NCBI GenBank assembly: GCA_002633005.1
Contig: NMRA01000257.1
Location: forward strand, 92,731 to 156,730
From: Phoronis australis
Taxonomy: Eukaryota > Animalia > Phoronida
DNA: 64,000 nt
Reading direction: 5' to 3'
The position numbers were made by a program, and so were the translations under genes. The notes under the pieces were generated by a model that had not been told where the DNA came from, ran no database searches, and was given only the letters and a program-made list of their open reading frames with translations. Numbering within the stretch: the first letter of the stretch is position 1; every line of letters begins with the position of its first letter. Shown one piece after another: positions 62,501 to 64,000 of the stretch.

Positions 62501-63034
62501 CCCGTAAAACTTGTCTGAAAGAACAAATTGCAGTGTAATACTACAAGTGAAGTAATTATTCAGAGCTTTTTGTCCAGTAGATTGCATGGTGCAGGTACAT
62601 GAAGACAAAAAGTTCCAATAAACACACATCAGATGAACCAATTAGGTCGATAGTAAGATCATTCGAAATACCGGTGAACTTTAACTTCTTGTATGTCCCA
62701 GCTTGCTGCTGATGACTAGCAGAGACAAAACGCACATTGGGAAGGCCGACTACGGCTTCGTGAACGTTTGTTGTCGCTTCTAATTAGACGTTCTATCAGG
62801 ATTCTTGTAGAAATTTCATCGTTTTGCAACGGAATTATTGGTACTGCCATGGAATGGCTCAAATACAGACAGAGTACAAATCATACACTCTCCACACAAA
62901 CCATGCAGTATGATCCATAATAAAATTGTTTTGCTATCGATGAATTAAAGTAGCCGCTGTACCTCAATATCCCTAAATATAACACCAAAGGCGCTCGCGA
63001 ATGCCATCACAAACAATATCCATACGGCGGTAGC
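59585..63034 (-). CDS. TRPA1-like: TRPA1-like channel paralogue C, partial (S5, pore, S6, C-terminus; 5' part lies beyond window end)
   Basis: Exons 62963-63034 (ATAVWILFVMAFASAFGVIFRDIE), 62338-62514 (pore TFSMSVGEVNF; S6 MPVALMNLL), 61705-61887 (VGIAVGDIEKVSSSAYMTRIEMQV), 61202-61323 (...LQDKR) and 59585-59744 (LEKLQAALDKQSESVKEIHERIVP...PKV*). Exon lengths of 72, 177 and 122 nt and the phases match paralogue B. Confidence 0.9.
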
Positions 63035-64000
63035 CTGTAAAATGAAACGAGAGGTTTTAGTATGCATGGCTCAATAGGACGATAGAGAAAAATATCACGC
63101 GATTTATACGATATCCATTTCAGAACAGTGATATTATGTATCATAAAAGTATACTAGGCGCTTGAATCTTAAAGGAGATACATGTAAAAATCTTTCAGAG
63201 GTGTATTTGCGCATTCAAAGCAACATTTTTATAAGTGTGTGAATGTTATTGGCCGTCTTGACGAGTTAGAAAACAAATTTCCCTCTAATAAGGAACACTG
63301 AGACACGACCACTTTTCGAGCGTCATGTAGACTAATTTAACAACTAGTGTTATGGACGTTGTTTGACTTCTTATGCAATTCATAAGAATGTATCTCTAAG
63401 ACTTTAAAAAACCAGCTCGCCAACGCCTTGTTTCAACATTCAACTTAAAAGAATCGATTTAATTTGAAAAGCTCGATTTAATCGAAAGCATCGACTACAT
63501 ACACATTGGGTTCAATTTCCACGTCGAGGCAGTCAAATTTTTAACCATTTCACTAAAAGCTTAACTTTAACTAAACTGTTTTCATTAGGACAAGTTGACA
63601 TCATAGTTATGCCTCAAATACATATCTGAAGCTGACTTGATACTCTTAGCAACCATTCCTAGTTGAATTGACGAATTTGGTCTCCCTGACATGGTGTCTC
63701 AGTAGTTCACTAGTCGACATAGGCGCACTGGATTTTGCTGTGTGTGTGTGGGGCGGGGGGACATATGATATATACATTAGTTTACCGGCCTGATTTTACT
63801 GGCCATACACGGGGGACACCTCCGGACACGACCATTGGAGAACTGTGGTTGCCCATCCCTCCTTGCGACATTATAAACCCGACATTTTCCTACCAGATGC
63901 TGTTTGGTTGAAAATTGATATCGATTTCACCGAATTTCGCATCAAATTTTCTTGAAACATAGTTCATTTGCGCAAGCTCATAAATACAAAAATTTGAAAG

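Overview
Intron-rich, AT-rich animal (invertebrate-type) genomic DNA, not prokaryotic. It carries a tandem array of three TRPA1-like ankyrin-repeat ion-channel genes, all on the minus strand. Paralogue A (12 exons, 13168-2937) has only its N-terminal/ankyrin half in the window. Paralogue B is complete (25 coding exons, 45935-21951, about 1101 aa by my manual splice). Paralogue C (63034-59585) has only its last 5 exons (S5, pore, S6, C-terminus) in the window. A 4-exon universal stress protein (USP) gene on the plus strand (55477-57878) lies between B and C. Introns and spacers hold many transposon relics: a Kolobok-like TTAA element with ~310-bp TIRs and a broken THAP ORF, a decayed hAT transposase, CR1/L2-type RT fragments, a tRNA-headed SINE, several CA...TG MITE families with 5-bp TSDs, tiny hairpin elements, an ~800-bp foldback palindrome and minisatellites. 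There is a 268-N assembly gap and three single Ns. Exon models were read by eye from splice signals, reading phase and matching exon lengths between paralogues. No database search was possible, so family names rest on motif recognition.
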